From: Amoeboradix gromovi X-113
Lineage: Eukaryota > Fungi > Sanchytriomycota
DNA: 25,605 bases
Direction of reading: 5' to 3'
Assembly: GCA_018985225.1 (NCBI GenBank)
Contig: JADGIF010000058.1
Coordinates: 1-25,605 of the forward strand
Position 1 is the first letter of the stretch. Each line of letters opens with the position of its first letter. The translations under genes were made by a program, and so were the position numbers. The notes under the pieces were generated by a model, which was given only the letters and a program-made list of their open reading frames with translations, was not told where the DNA came from and ran no database searches. Positions 8,322 to 19,417 of this stretch are shown here, one piece after another.

Positions 8322-9948
8322 ATGCAACAACTCAACCCAAATGCACAACTATTACAAAACCCGCTACCTGTTAATGCCAGTGCAGCTCAGTCTCTGGCAA
8401 GTGTGCTAAGTAGTAACTTGGGTCCCAAAGGTACCCTGAAGCTTCTTGTTAGTGGTGCAGGGGCTCTCAAGTTGACTAAGGACGGGTCCGTGTTGTTGGG
8501 AGACATGACTATTACTCATCCCACAGCTTTAATGATTGCTAGAAGTGCTTCAGCTCAAGAAGATGTTTGTGGTGATGGTACGTCTAGTGTTGTTCTTTAT
8601 GTAGGTGAAATTATGCGTCAATGTATGGTACATATCGAGGAAGGAATCCACCCATCTCTATTAGCTGATGGTATTGAAAAGGGGATAGAATTAGCCCTAG
8701 AATATCTCAGTGCTCATAAGACTAGAATTGAAAACGATATTTTGCAACAATTAGTTAAATCTGTAATTGGAACCAAATTGTCTTCCCAGTTAACTAATCA
8801 CCTTTCTAAAGATATTGTAGAAGCAGTCGAAATCACAAGAAACAATCCTACAATTCAGGGAATTGATCTTCATATGGTTGAACTTATGCACATGCGCCAT
8901 AAAACTGATTTAGACACTAGATTAGTCCGTGGCTTAGTTTTAGATCATGGGCCGCGTCATCCTGATATGCCAAAATCTCTCAAGGATTGCTTTATTTTAA
9001 CTCTGAATGTCTCCCTCGAGTATGAAAAGACAGAAATTAACTCCGGGTTCTTTTATAGCACTCCTGAACAACGTGAGAAGTTGGTCGAAAGTGAGCGTGC
9101 ATTTGTAGATGAAAAGATCCGTAAAATTATTGCATTAAAGCAGTCAGTATGCACCAACAACCAGGGATTTGTAATAATTAACCAAAAGGGTATTGATCCT
9201 ATCTCACTAGATATGTTGCAGAAACAGAATATATTTGCTTTGAGAAGAGCTAAGCGTCGTAATATGGAAAGGTGCTTTTTGTTAACGTAGATTGCAGTTA
9301 ATATGTGGCGGTGTGGCTCAGAACAGTGTTGACTCATTATCTAAAGATATTTTAGGGTATGCTGGCAGTGTTTACGAGGAGACGTTAGGTGAAGACAAGT
9401 ATACTTTTGTTGAACAAGTTAAACATCCCCACAGCTGTACACTCTTAATCAAAGGAAGTAATGATTATACCATTGCACAAGTTAAAGATGCAATCAAGGA
9501 TGGATTAAGAAGTGTAAAGACAGCTTTGGAAGACGGTTGTGTATTGCCAGGTGCAGGATCTATCCAAGTCGGATTGTATCATCATTTAAAGAATGCAAAA
9601 GTCACTGGACCAAAGAGATATGGAGTGGAAGCATTTGCAAGTGGGTTGTTAACGATTCCAAAGACTTTAATAAGAAATGCAGGATTAGATGTCCCGACCA
9701 CTTTGAGTGATTTGATGGATGCAAATACAGATGATAGCAAGTTGATGGGAGTGAATTTGAACACAGGTAAGCCGTTAGACCCTACTGTCCAAGGTATTTG
9801 GGATGGCTATAGAGTATTGAGACATGGGTTGAACAGCAGTGGATTGATCGCAATGAATTTATTGCTTGTTGATCAGATCATGAGAGGAGGAAGAACTAGT
9901 TTGAAAGACAACACAGGAGGAGGAGCACCTGGTGGAGTGATTGCTTAA
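8322..9948 (+). CDS. CCT6: T-complex protein 1 subunit zeta; exons 8322-9271 and 9291-9948
   Basis: NLGPKGTLK, LTKDGSVLL, GDGTSS, LVLDHGPRHPDMP, NVSLEYEKTEINSGFFY, NQKGIDP. Removing a 19-nt intron restores RRAKRRNMERLQLICGG. Confidence 0.97.
9272..9290 (+). other. 19-nt spliceosomal intron GTGCTTTTTGTTAACGTAG
   Basis: GT-AG ends; excision joins the two CCT6 ORFs with no gap in a conserved motif. Confidence 0.93.
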
Positions 9949-10211
9949 AATAAATAATGCGATTTCTTCTATAAATTCATTCAAACTGATTTATCGTTAC
10001 AACCAATCAATATCACTGTGTAATATCACAAGGTTATCTTAGAACATTAATTAAGTTTAGTTGAGTGTTGTAATGCAGCATATCTAGCTCTGCCTTTAAG
10101 CTTTCTTGATATATAGAAGCTGCTTGGGTTACATACTCGGATTGCTAGTTGCATCAATATAGCTGAGTCACTTTGCTCAGCATATCAATGTTTCAAAACT
10201 CATCAAAGAGT

Positions 10212-10325
10212 GATATAGATGATAACAGCACACTGGTAGATTGTGATATTAGCAAAAACCCGTTATTAAGAAGTTCATCCCATTTGGAGAGACTGAGCAT
10301 GTGCATATAGACTGGCTTATATTGA
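10212..10325 (+). pseudogene. Possible remnant of a leucine-rich-repeat protein C-terminal cap
   Basis: Reads DIDDNSTLVDCDISKNPLLRSSSHLERLSMCI*TGLY*, with an LxxxDISxNPL LRR-like pattern and an internal TAG. Confidence 0.3.
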
Positions 10326-11080
10326 AATGAAGAATAAATTAATTGAAAACATTTAGACTAAGAACAAACTTAAAACTCATCAAAAAGTGAGGCATGGGCC
10401 ACTAAAACAATGCAAGTAGATCTACGCTATTTATTGCGTGGAGGCCATGTAGAAGGTTTTGCTCGGGTGCTGTGACCTCTCAGTGCATACAGCAGTTCTT
10501 GAGATGTCCGATATATCTAGCAGTTATAAGTAATCATGTTCAAGTCGGTTTCGTAAACTCCGGGGACCTCTATTTCATTAGCTTGTTATACCAGTGTTGT
10601 TACAAAGGGTAAACAGTTTCTGTGCGTGAACGCTAGCTACAGTCTTCTCTATAGCGCTAGCAGGTGTCCACAGACTTTAGCAAGTATCTATTTCTGGTGA
10701 AAATGCTTGCGGTATAAGCTCTCTGGCACCTCATAAAAGTGTGCTGCACTGCATGAGGGATACCTCCAATAGTACATGGACTGTAATGCAATCTAGATAG
10801 GTGTGGCAAGGAAATGTGCCATCTTGGACTAGGACGAAAAAGAGTGTTGAAAAAGACAACAAAAGGATATAATAAAGATTACGTTGTGGTAGGCTTTTTC
10901 CTCCTCGCCTCGTAAATCAGAAAAATCGCTAAACAGATGGAATGCCTGTATGAATTTTTTTGCATCTTTTTATAGAGCAGTATGCCCAACATGCAGATCA
11001 TCGTTTCTTTCTTTCGCAACAACCCTATTAACATCTTCTTCAATGGAATGCTATTAAAGGAGCAGAAAGATTGTAGAATT

Positions 11081-12163
11081 TTAACAGCAATAATTGCAAG
11101 CCATTCTTTGCAATAAGCTTGCGGAAAAAAAGTGCTGAATTAAAGAACCCTCTGATGAATTAATATCCTTTGCAAATGCTTCATTGAGAGAATCCACTGA
11201 TAACCGCAGCGCTGCTACAAGACCTCCACACTCTTCAACAATCACATCTTTTAAGCAGCAGTACTGTCTCATCTTCAAAGGCAAACCAATAACGGGCAAA
11301 TTCAAGAACTCGTAGGCTTCGTGATTGCTGAGTAAGAAATCCTGTCTTGAAAGTCGAGGAAGTCACACAAATTCCACAGGGCTTTCTACTCCTTCGCTCA
11401 AAGAGTGCGTTGCCGATATGATGAACCGGATATTTGCTGGTAGCCATATACCGGCTGACTTGACCAAATGCTCCCAAAACCTCGCTTCACCATACTTTGC
11501 TTGTGCATCATCTAGAAAAATAACTGTGGTCTTGTTTGAAATCATTTTCCCAATTTTCTCTTTTTCTAAATCGATTCCTTTTGATGTCAAAACCTCAAAC
11601 AATGACTCTTTCTTCAGGCATGAAATCCCTATTACTCTTTTATTGCGTGCCGCAGCTTTGTAGAGCTTATACGAGGAGCTTTTTCCCGATCCAGCAGGTG
11701 ACGATATCAATACTATCGCATTTAAAGAAACCACACTGTCAAGTTCCGAAACCAGTTGCTTCCGTTCAAGGTGCTCTGTGTCAATATCAATACCATCAAT
11801 CCTTATTGTGTATTCAAAGCGAGAGGATCCTGAAGTCGTAGGGCTTGAATCAACATCCATATCATTCTTGGATTTAACTATGAGCGCTGTTTTTGCCGTA
11901 GCTCCATATTTGACCGCAGTAAGAGGAAAATCAGGCTCAAGTGGAGCGCTTTCCATTCCGTCTTCAATATAGTGGAGGGTGAGTGACCTAAACTGCTCTG
12001 GAAGATCCAGGAGTCTACGTGTGGGTTCTACAGTTGTGGCTTTGATTAGATCAGCAACATCTCTGAGTGCCCTTTTTCTTGTATTCTCACCGGTATAGTG
12101 GGTTTCAATCTTTACAGCCTGGTTGTCCTTGTACTTGACATAAAATTCTCTGTTTTCTGTCAT
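11081..12163 (-). pseudogene. Crinkler (CRN/RHSP-type) effector-like gene: N-terminal header plus P-loop NTPase, with in-frame TGA and 3' truncation
   Basis: Header FYVKYKDNQAVKIETH...DVADLI...LTLHY, Walker A SSPAGSGKSS, Walker B IFLDDAQ. The frame continues through TGA 11363-11365 as SPVEFV*LPRLSRQDFLL...ECGGLVAALR, then breaks off near 11090. Confidence 0.7.
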
Positions 12164-12842
12164 GATTATTTGAAGTTTCACTGATTCTCCACAAGTTGCA
12201 AAAGCCCTGGCATTCTCTCAAGCACCACAAATCCCGCAGGTAGAATCCTTTTCAAATCAGAAGTGCTTATCAATTAATGATATGTTATCGACGTTGGACA
12301 AAGCTAGATTCATTTGTTGCCTGCGCCATAGGATCATGTGTATAAAAACCCCAAATTTGAATTTCTTATTTTTCTTAAATATTTCTAGTGTACTAGAACA
12401 AATTTTGTTTGGCCGAGTGTAATGAAATTTAGCCAAGTCTCAATTGCGCTGTCCGTCTTGAAAAAGTACCATGGCAATTATACCATGTACTTCATTTTTA
12501 GACCGAAAACTACATTATCACTTTTCTTTTTATTTCGCTCTCAGAATGGACATACTTTGTTTATCGTGCTTTCCATCAAAGCGCCAAATTTCTTAGTATT
12601 TTTGCAGGTGCGCAATTTAGATTTTGCCTGCATAATAGTTGGCTGGGGATTCTCAAAGACATCAAAAGTGCTCAAGTTTAGTTGGCCAGTCAATGACTAA
12701 AATGAAGAGAATGCAAACTGCTGACAGATACAGAGCAGCTAATGAATTTCCAAAGACAGTTTTTTGCATCAAGCATAGTCACAAGGATAACAGTGAGAGC
12801 AAGTGATCAAGCAAATACATTGCAAACAAATACTTTACTAGA

Positions 12843-14978
12843 TTAAACAACATCTGGGACTACCGCCACAACTTTGATTATATTCAACAGCCCCATAAGA
12901 TCTGGGTAGTCATACTTCATCCGTATTGTGCAAACGCTATCACCGTGGGAATCATATCCAGTGAAAACACTAGCACTTGGATACTTGCGCTGAAGAAACG
13001 ATTTCAGATTATTCTGGTCGTCTTTCCTCAAGCTATTGACTACAATTTTTGGATGAAATATATCTTTTAGTCTTGAAAACACTGGGCTGGTGTCCCAACT
13101 CTCGTGTAGATTCTTATTGAGGTCACAGAGCTCTTTAAATGGCAATATCAAGCCCTCTTCTGAATTAAAATCCTCCATTATAATGTAGGTCTGGTTACCC
13201 TCTGATATATCTAAAAATGATTGGATCTCTCTTTTGACTGCTGTGGATCTCTTCATGTTTGAAAAGAAGAGCTTTGTGCAAATAAAAGCGTTGATATACC
13301 TTATTTTTTGGTCAGACTGCTTATTGCATTCATTGAAAAAAGATACACACGCATTTCTTAACTTTGAGTCATTATCTAAATTGCTGTAATTCTTTGCTTC
13401 TATCCTAAGACATACACTTCCAAGATTGCTTGTGAGCTGGCATGCTACATCGACATATCGTTTATTGTTCTTATTGCTCTGTGCCAAATCCTGAACAATA
13501 AAGACACTACTAGTTACTTTTTCAAAGTTTGAATGAATGTCAGAGAATAGAGAAAACGGGACAAGGTCATCAAAGAGTCTAGGTGCCAGATCTATCCCAC
13601 TTCGCTCTGTAATAATCTGTAATATCTTACTAGATGGTAGCATAAGCTCAATAGCTAAAGCAACCTGGAATACTACACCGACGCCCGTCAATGCATTGCT
13701 TCGTATTATCCCGGCAGCACTCACTAGCTGTGTATAGTAGCTAAGGTTGATATTGCTAGATATTTGTTTTAAGTAGTCTATAAGAAATGGATATGGAACA
13801 GTCAAGATATCACCATTAGAGTCACTACGTACACGCAGAAGCCCTACTTTAGTCAGATTTCGTATGTTTTCAGTGATGCATCCGCGAGGAAACTGAATCT
13901 CATTCTTTACCCTGACACCTCCCAGACTGCGATAGAATACCAAAGCAACAATACTATCAAAGACTGCGTTTCTAGATGTAAAGCCGCTAAATCTGTCATG
14001 CTCCGTGCTATAAAGTGCATATGCCCTCTTCAATGCATCATCTATAGATTCGTACGGCTTATCATAGAGGCTGGCCAAAAAGTACTGAATATTACGTGGC
14101 CGACCACATAATATCTTGCAATAACCAGCTGAATCTATTAAATCCATGGTTTCTTTTGTTAAAAAATGATCCAACACAGAATGTACATACGATTCATTGA
14201 ACTCAGGCAGCACAGTATCACTAGGTATTAATGAACTACCAAAAGTCAAATGTTTATGAATATCACAACTTGTGCCTGTCATGACCACTTTGATACGTTT
14301 ACAATTTAGAGAAGCGATAGTTGTGGACAACGCCTTTACAAATCGTGATATCCGCAAGCTACTGAAGTGTTTTTTGCTAATACCATCTGTTGTATCCAGC
14401 TTTGTGTAGTCTAAGTCCCCAGCCCAGTCCTGGATTTCATCAAAGTGCAAGATAATGTTACGTTCTCTTAACTCATCAAATCTGGTAGGCGAGACTGGCC
14501 TTGATCGTGATGGCTCGTTCTTGAATTTTATATCACCTATCACAACGCAATATTCATCTGGCTCTGTGATGATTTTATTGTAAACATCATTTAACAGATT
14601 GTTTGTAAAACTAGAAAAGAGGGTCTCATATTCACCCATTAACAAAGAAAGCGGCATTGTGTCTGGCAGCGATTTATTCTTTTGGAAAAATGCTTTGTCT
14701 AAGTCTTTCAACTCTGAGACATTAAATTGTACATAGTACCCACATTTCGAATAGTGTGCCACTGCACTTGTTTTGCCCATACCTGGACTGTCGTGTATTA
14801 CTCGAGTGATATGCTTGTTATCTTCTTTGCTGCCGAGCGGTGTCTTTAGCCATTCGGAAAAGTCATTTAATTCACGCATTTCTAAATAGTAGGGAATCGA
14901 TGGATTAAAAGGGTTGGTTTTTCTAACTTTTGCGGTATTGCCAACCCGAAGGTCTTTGAAATAACTTGAGGTATCCAT
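12843..14978 (-). CDS. Crinkler-type P-loop NTPase fused to a PD-(D/E)xK restriction-endonuclease-like domain
   Basis: SPGMGKT, LHFDEIQ, VMTGTS and CGRPRNI, followed by GVVFQ...RYVDVAC...LRIEAKNY. ATG14978 chosen as the likely start; the ORF is open to 15071. Confidence 0.75.
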   Translation of the reverse strand: MDTSSYFKDLRVGNTAKVRKTNPFNPSIPYYLEMRELNDFSEWLKTPLGSKEDNKHITRVIHDSPGMGKTSAVAHYSKCGYYVQFNVSELKDLDKAFFQKNKSLPDTMPLSLLMGEYETLFSSFTNNLLNDVYNKIITEPDEYCVVIGDIKFKNEPSRSRPVSPTRFDELRERNIILHFDEIQDWAGDLDYTKLDTTDGISKKHFSSLRISRFVKALSTTIASLNCKRIKVVMTGTSCDIHKHLTFGSSLIPSDTVLPEFNESYVHSVLDHFLTKETMDLIDSAGYCKILCGRPRNIQYFLASLYDKPYESIDDALKRAYALYSTEHDRFSGFTSRNAVFDSIVALVFYRSLGGVRVKNEIQFPRGCITENIRNLTKVGLLRVRSDSNGDILTVPYPFLIDYLKQISSNINLSYYTQLVSAAGIIRSNALTGVGVVFQVALAIELMLPSSKILQIITERSGIDLAPRLFDDLVPFSLFSDIHSNFEKVTSSVFIVQDLAQSNKNNKRYVDVACQLTSNLGSVCLRIEAKNYSNLDNDSKLRNACVSFFNECNKQSDQKIRYINAFICTKLFFSNMKRSTAVKREIQSFLDISEGNQTYIIMEDFNSEEGLILPFKELCDLNKNLHESWDTSPVFSRLKDIFHPKIVVNSLRKDDQNNLKSFLQRKYPSASVFTGYDSHGDSVCTIRMKYDYPDLMGLLNIIKVVAVVPDVV

Positions 14979-15933
14979 GTTTCGATTGGGTGAGACGAAA
15001 TATACGATCACAAGACTGTTTATAGCATTCATTGTTATCCACATCATAACGCAGCATCGGCCAGAGAACATCCAAGACGGTGGACTAATTCTATTTTAAT
15101 GCCTTTTAGCTATTTTTTGCCTAACTGGTAATAAATTCGGTGGATTCTTGAAAAGTATTAGACTATGGCAATTCTAAGCGCTGATATTCAGAGGACTTCT
15201 TAATCACAGGTGCAGTAATTTTGCCTTTTTGAGACTAAGAATTCAAATGAATACAATAAAGCAGCTCTGCATATCCAGTGCTGATACACAAAAAATAGGC
15301 AACGCATCCAGTTCTCCCAGAAATTGGATCGTCTTGTTTTTGCTTTATTTTGGATAATGAGAACCACTGATGCCTTAACCGTCTTGATATTATTTCGGCA
15401 GTTTTCGAGCACAGCTTATGGGCGATCATTGCACTATGATAATGATCTGCATTTTTATACGGATGCAAGAAGTGTAATGAACACCTATAAAGTGCATCTA
15501 ATAAATGTTTTTAATTATGGCTTGACCCACGCCTTAAATTAAGACTAAAACTCAGAAAAGATGTAAATTTAACAGAGTTGATGCGATACATTTCTTTTCC
15601 TCGTCAAGCTTAAAATTAAACATTGCAAAGCAGGTAAACGTAGACGCTCTCTTTGAGTAATGCTGCATTAACTTTTACTGGTTCAAATGCTCAGACTTGT
15701 TAAGTATGTATATTTTCTCGATTTTTAAAGTAGTAGAATAAAGTGTTTGCTATAATAAAAAGAGCAGACTGATTAAAGCGTTATACCCTAAGTCTCAGTG
15801 CAACTAAATCATAATCTGAAACTTTATGATCTTTCCAAAGCTAGAATTCTTTGCCATTTTTGCTCTCAGAGCGCATAGAAATTGAAGCAACGATCTATAC
15901 TATATTATGTTATATTATATTGGTTTATTAGTT

Positions 15934-16123
15934 TTAAACAACATCTGGGACTAACACCACGACTTTGTTAGTATTCAACAGCCCCATAAGATCTGGATAG
16001 TCAATTCTTTGCTTCTATCCTATGGAATGCATTTCCAAGATTTCTTGTGAGCTAGCATATAAAATCCACATATCTTTTATTTATCTTGTTTTTTTGTGGC
16101 AAATCCTGGACAATAACGACACT
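15934..16123 (-). pseudogene. Internally deleted paralogous fragment of the 12843-14978 gene
   Basis: SVVIVQDLPQKNKINKRYVDFIC*LTRNLGNAFHRIEAKN is joined directly to DYPDLMGLLNTNKVVVLVPDVV*. These match about 13388-13508 and 12843-12912. Confidence 0.9.
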
Positions 16124-16575
16124 CCTTGGTTTAGAAGTATTGCTTTCTGGAGTTACAAGTAACTATTCTTCCTTTATATAGGCAGATCAATTTCTTATTT
16201 GAACACTCAGAATATCTCTGAAACTGTGCTAATAACTTTTAGAAACCTATTGAATTACCTCTGATACTATCAATTCCTCTTTTTCTACCATCATGTTTCG
16301 CGTATTAGCAGCCAAATATGCTCATATTTTGTAGAAACTAGGCCTGACTTGATTGCATAGCTCAAATTGTGTAATATATACATTTAACAGATTTTTCGCT
16401 AGCCAAAAGAGACCAATTTTTGCATTTATTCAAATTGATGTCTAAATTTGATGCCGCAAGTGCTATATTATAAACGAAATTTTAATGAATTAATTTATAA
16501 TCGTCCCGAAGCTATGAGGTGTTTGGTTTGCAAAGAAATATCAGATTTGAAATGAGCATTGATCAAAACTAGTTT

Positions 16576-16893
16576 TTAATTTATTAAATCTCTTATTCCT
16601 ATTGGCATGTAGTTTTCTCGGTTTTTTTTCTCCTTTAAATCGTGAATTGTGTATATATGTCTTCTCAACTCCTGATCTCGTTTGTATTTCTTTTGGCAAA
16701 CATTACATTGAAAGTTTCTAACAGGAATATGGGTCAGCAGATGTGCAATTAGTCTAGCCCTTTTGTGACATATTCTGCCACAACCACTCCATTTGCATTC
16801 AAACGGAGCTTCACTTTCATGTTTCTGAGAGTGCTCAAGTAACTCAATTAATGACTGAGCCCTGTAAATGCAATCTTTCCACTTACATAGCAT
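16576..16893 (-). CDS. Small C2H2 zinc-finger transcription factor (three fingers, GLI/Zic/PacC-like CxWxxC)
   Basis: CKWKDC..H..H, FECKWSGC...HLLTH, FQCNVC...HIYTIH; C-terminal IRDLIN. Confidence 0.85.
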   Translation of the reverse strand: MLCKWKDCIYRAQSLIELLEHSQKHESEAPFECKWSGCGRICHKRARLIAHLLTHIPVRNFQCNVCQKKYKRDQELRRHIYTIHDLKEKKNRENYMPIGIRDLIN

Positions 16894-17536
16894 GATATTT
16901 GCTATGGTAGAGGCTCCGGCTTTAAGTACCTAAGCAAGCTCTGTACTTTTCTTTAATTGGACCAAGTGCGCACGATTATTTTCATTTCCCATTTCTTTGT
17001 ACTTGCATGGTCTTTGATTGGACGAAATGATCGAATCATCTGCATAGTTTTTTTATCCACTTGGGAAACCTACAAGTACCACAACGTGTAGAGTTATACA
17101 GAAGTGCCCACATCTTGTCACCTATGTATTAAGCGAAAGAGTTTACCAATTTACTTCTGCCAACCTTATTTTTCCAAATTCTTGAAGAGATACTTAATGA
17201 GCTAATTGTGCTTCTTGTCTTTAAGATCCTTTTGTAACTGTCTGGCTTGCTGATTTATTAAGCACCATTGAAGCGGTCCGGTAATATTTGTGCATGGCTA
17301 CGAGTTTAACTCCTTTAGAATTTGCCTTTGTTCACTTTGCTGATGAATTATTTTTTCTTTGAAAAGTATTATAAAAATTTGAATTTTATTAGAAGACCCG
17401 TGCTCTCACAAAATCATATCAGTCGGTGATGCGAATCATATTAGTTTTGACCCGGTCTAGTTTTTTTGTTGATTTCTCGTTTTTTGGATCTGTTAGCTTA
17501 TTAAAACTAATTCTGCAGTAAATAATCCCAATTGAT

Positions 17537-19333
17537 CTATTGATTCTTATGCAACAGCTTTCCTTCTTTCAAGCACCAATATCTCAACCATTCGTCCAAA
17601 TGCAATCTATTCTCCTCCTCAGCTGCATCTTCGGGTACAAACGAATTAAAGAAGCTAGGCAAATAAAACGGACTCAATATTATTCCAATTCCTATAGTTG
17701 CTTCCATTATTCCAATTATGAAATAGTTCATTTCAGATGCTACAATCTTAAAGAATCCCTCGCTCAAGAGACTTATAACGAATGGTGCAGATATGTATTT
17801 CAAGCAATTAAACCATAATATGTTTAATCTGAAAACTCTGTTATCGCTCATTTGCAGAGTGTCATTAAAATGCTGAATAAATATATCACCCTGGTATTTA
17901 AACAACAAGTAAAACTTCTTTTTTAGGCTGATTTCCTTTGGAGCTATCACTACAGCGCATATAGTTCCAGTCATAAACACTGCTATAGCCATAAAAGCTC
18001 GTAAATAATAGCTACCTGTGACATGATATATAAACGATCCAATTATAGGTGCCAATACCCACGATGTGTATGCTATATCGACAGAAACACTGGATAATTG
18101 ATCAGAAACCATTTGCTTGTTGTAATAGTAAGTAGCTGCAATTATTTCACCCAAAGCAACAAACATCAAGAACAGACTTGAGTTATAATAGTCTACAGGT
18201 TCAATTAGGCTAGAAAACATACAAAACACAATACTTAGCAAACTACCGAATATCAAGACATAACTAGTAACTTTAATTCTAGAGTACTTGGAATATCTTT
18301 TAGAATCTAACAATGTGGTTACAATGGATTCTAATGTAGCATGTGCGCAGTTGATGCCAAACGTTAACATAAAAATGTAATAAAGAAAACTCCAAGTGCT
18401 TGGGAAAGGTAGACGCTGAAAGAGTTGAGGATACAAAATAAATGCCAGATGGAACTTGTTGTTGGTTATGTCTAATCTGGTCCAGTTTTCATGATCTGCT
18501 ATGCAAATTACAATTATCCAGCCAATCAATTCAATTGTTATATTGATAAACACTATGATAAACGTGTCCTTCATCAGTTTCCCGTCCTTAATCTTGTATG
18601 AACCATATGCACTAGAACTGCCTATACCGATGCTAAGGCTGAAAAGAACTTGGCCTAGCGCATCCAGCCATAATCGGGCTCTAAAAAGCATCCTGAATTC
18701 AATTATTGAGACAGTATTAAGTAGAACATTCATAGCGTTAGGAAGGGTAACAGATCTAAGTAGCAACATGGTCATCATCAACATTGCCAAGGGATAAGTA
18801 AGATAGACAATTTGAGTTGTGTGTGTGACGCCTTTGTATATACTTATGAACAAAACAGTCCATATAAACAAGCAGCACAAGATAGTAATTATACACACCT
18901 CTACATTGAACACGTCTTGGTTTAGAATGTATATTTGAAAATACTCGTTTGGATTAGCTTCCCATGGAGTATAACTGCTGCGTATCATATATATTAATAG
19001 CCAACCCAAGATGACATTTAAATATGACATGCAAATAAGAGCCGCAAACATGGAAAGCATTCCGAAGCCTCGAAATGATTTCTTTATTTTATCAAAGAAA
19101 GTTATTATTCCGGTTCGATACATTTCACCACAAGATATCTCTAATGTGACCATTGTATAGCCCACCAGCCAAGAGAGAATCAGGTATGGAATCAAAAAAG
19201 TAATGCCCTCATATTTGCTTGCGATTCCTGGAAACCTAAGAAAATTTCCTATGCCTATTATGGCACTAGCAGATGCTACAATGTAGGAAAACCTACTTTT
19301 CCATCGTTCTCTTCTTCTAATTTGTTGCGGCAT
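17537..19333 (-). CDS. Sodium:neurotransmitter symporter (SLC6/NSS) family transporter
   Basis: RERWKSR, GIGNFLRFP, FLIPY, RSVTLPNA, WLDALGQVLFSLSIG, AYGSY, LAFILYP; many hydrophobic segments. Confidence 0.93.
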   Translation of the reverse strand: MPQQIRRRERWKSRFSYIVASASAIIGIGNFLRFPGIASKYEGITFLIPYLILSWLVGYTMVTLEISCGEMYRTGIITFFDKIKKSFRGFGMLSMFAALICMSYLNVILGWLLIYMIRSSYTPWEANPNEYFQIYILNQDVFNVEVCIITILCCLFIWTVLFISIYKGVTHTTQIVYLTYPLAMLMMTMLLLRSVTLPNAMNVLLNTVSIIEFRMLFRARLWLDALGQVLFSLSIGIGSSSAYGSYKIKDGKLMKDTFIIVFINITIELIGWIIVICIADHENWTRLDITNNKFHLAFILYPQLFQRLPFPSTWSFLYYIFMLTFGINCAHATLESIVTTLLDSKRYSKYSRIKVTSYVLIFGSLLSIVFCMFSSLIEPVDYYNSSLFLMFVALGEIIAATYYYNKQMVSDQLSSVSVDIAYTSWVLAPIIGSFIYHVTGSYYLRAFMAIAVFMTGTICAVVIAPKEISLKKKFYLLFKYQGDIFIQHFNDTLQMSDNRVFRLNILWFNCLKYISAPFVISLLSEGFFKIVASEMNYFIIGIMEATIGIGIILSPFYLPSFFNSFVPEDAAEEENRLHLDEWLRYWCLKEGKLLHKNQ

Positions 19334-19417
19334 GGTCCAGTAAAGTCTCGTTGAATCTTAACTATTACTAGGTTACACATAAAACACAAAGGGTAACAAA
19401 ATTTAATAAAACTATCT

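Noticed and set aside
12400-12700. ORF 12422-12700 (+) and a stop-interrupted coding-like frame on the minus strand
   Set aside because: No family recognised on either strand; it may be a remnant but is unsupported.
15896-15921. Short TATAT-type microsatellite
   Set aside because: Low complexity and unremarkable in AT-rich DNA.
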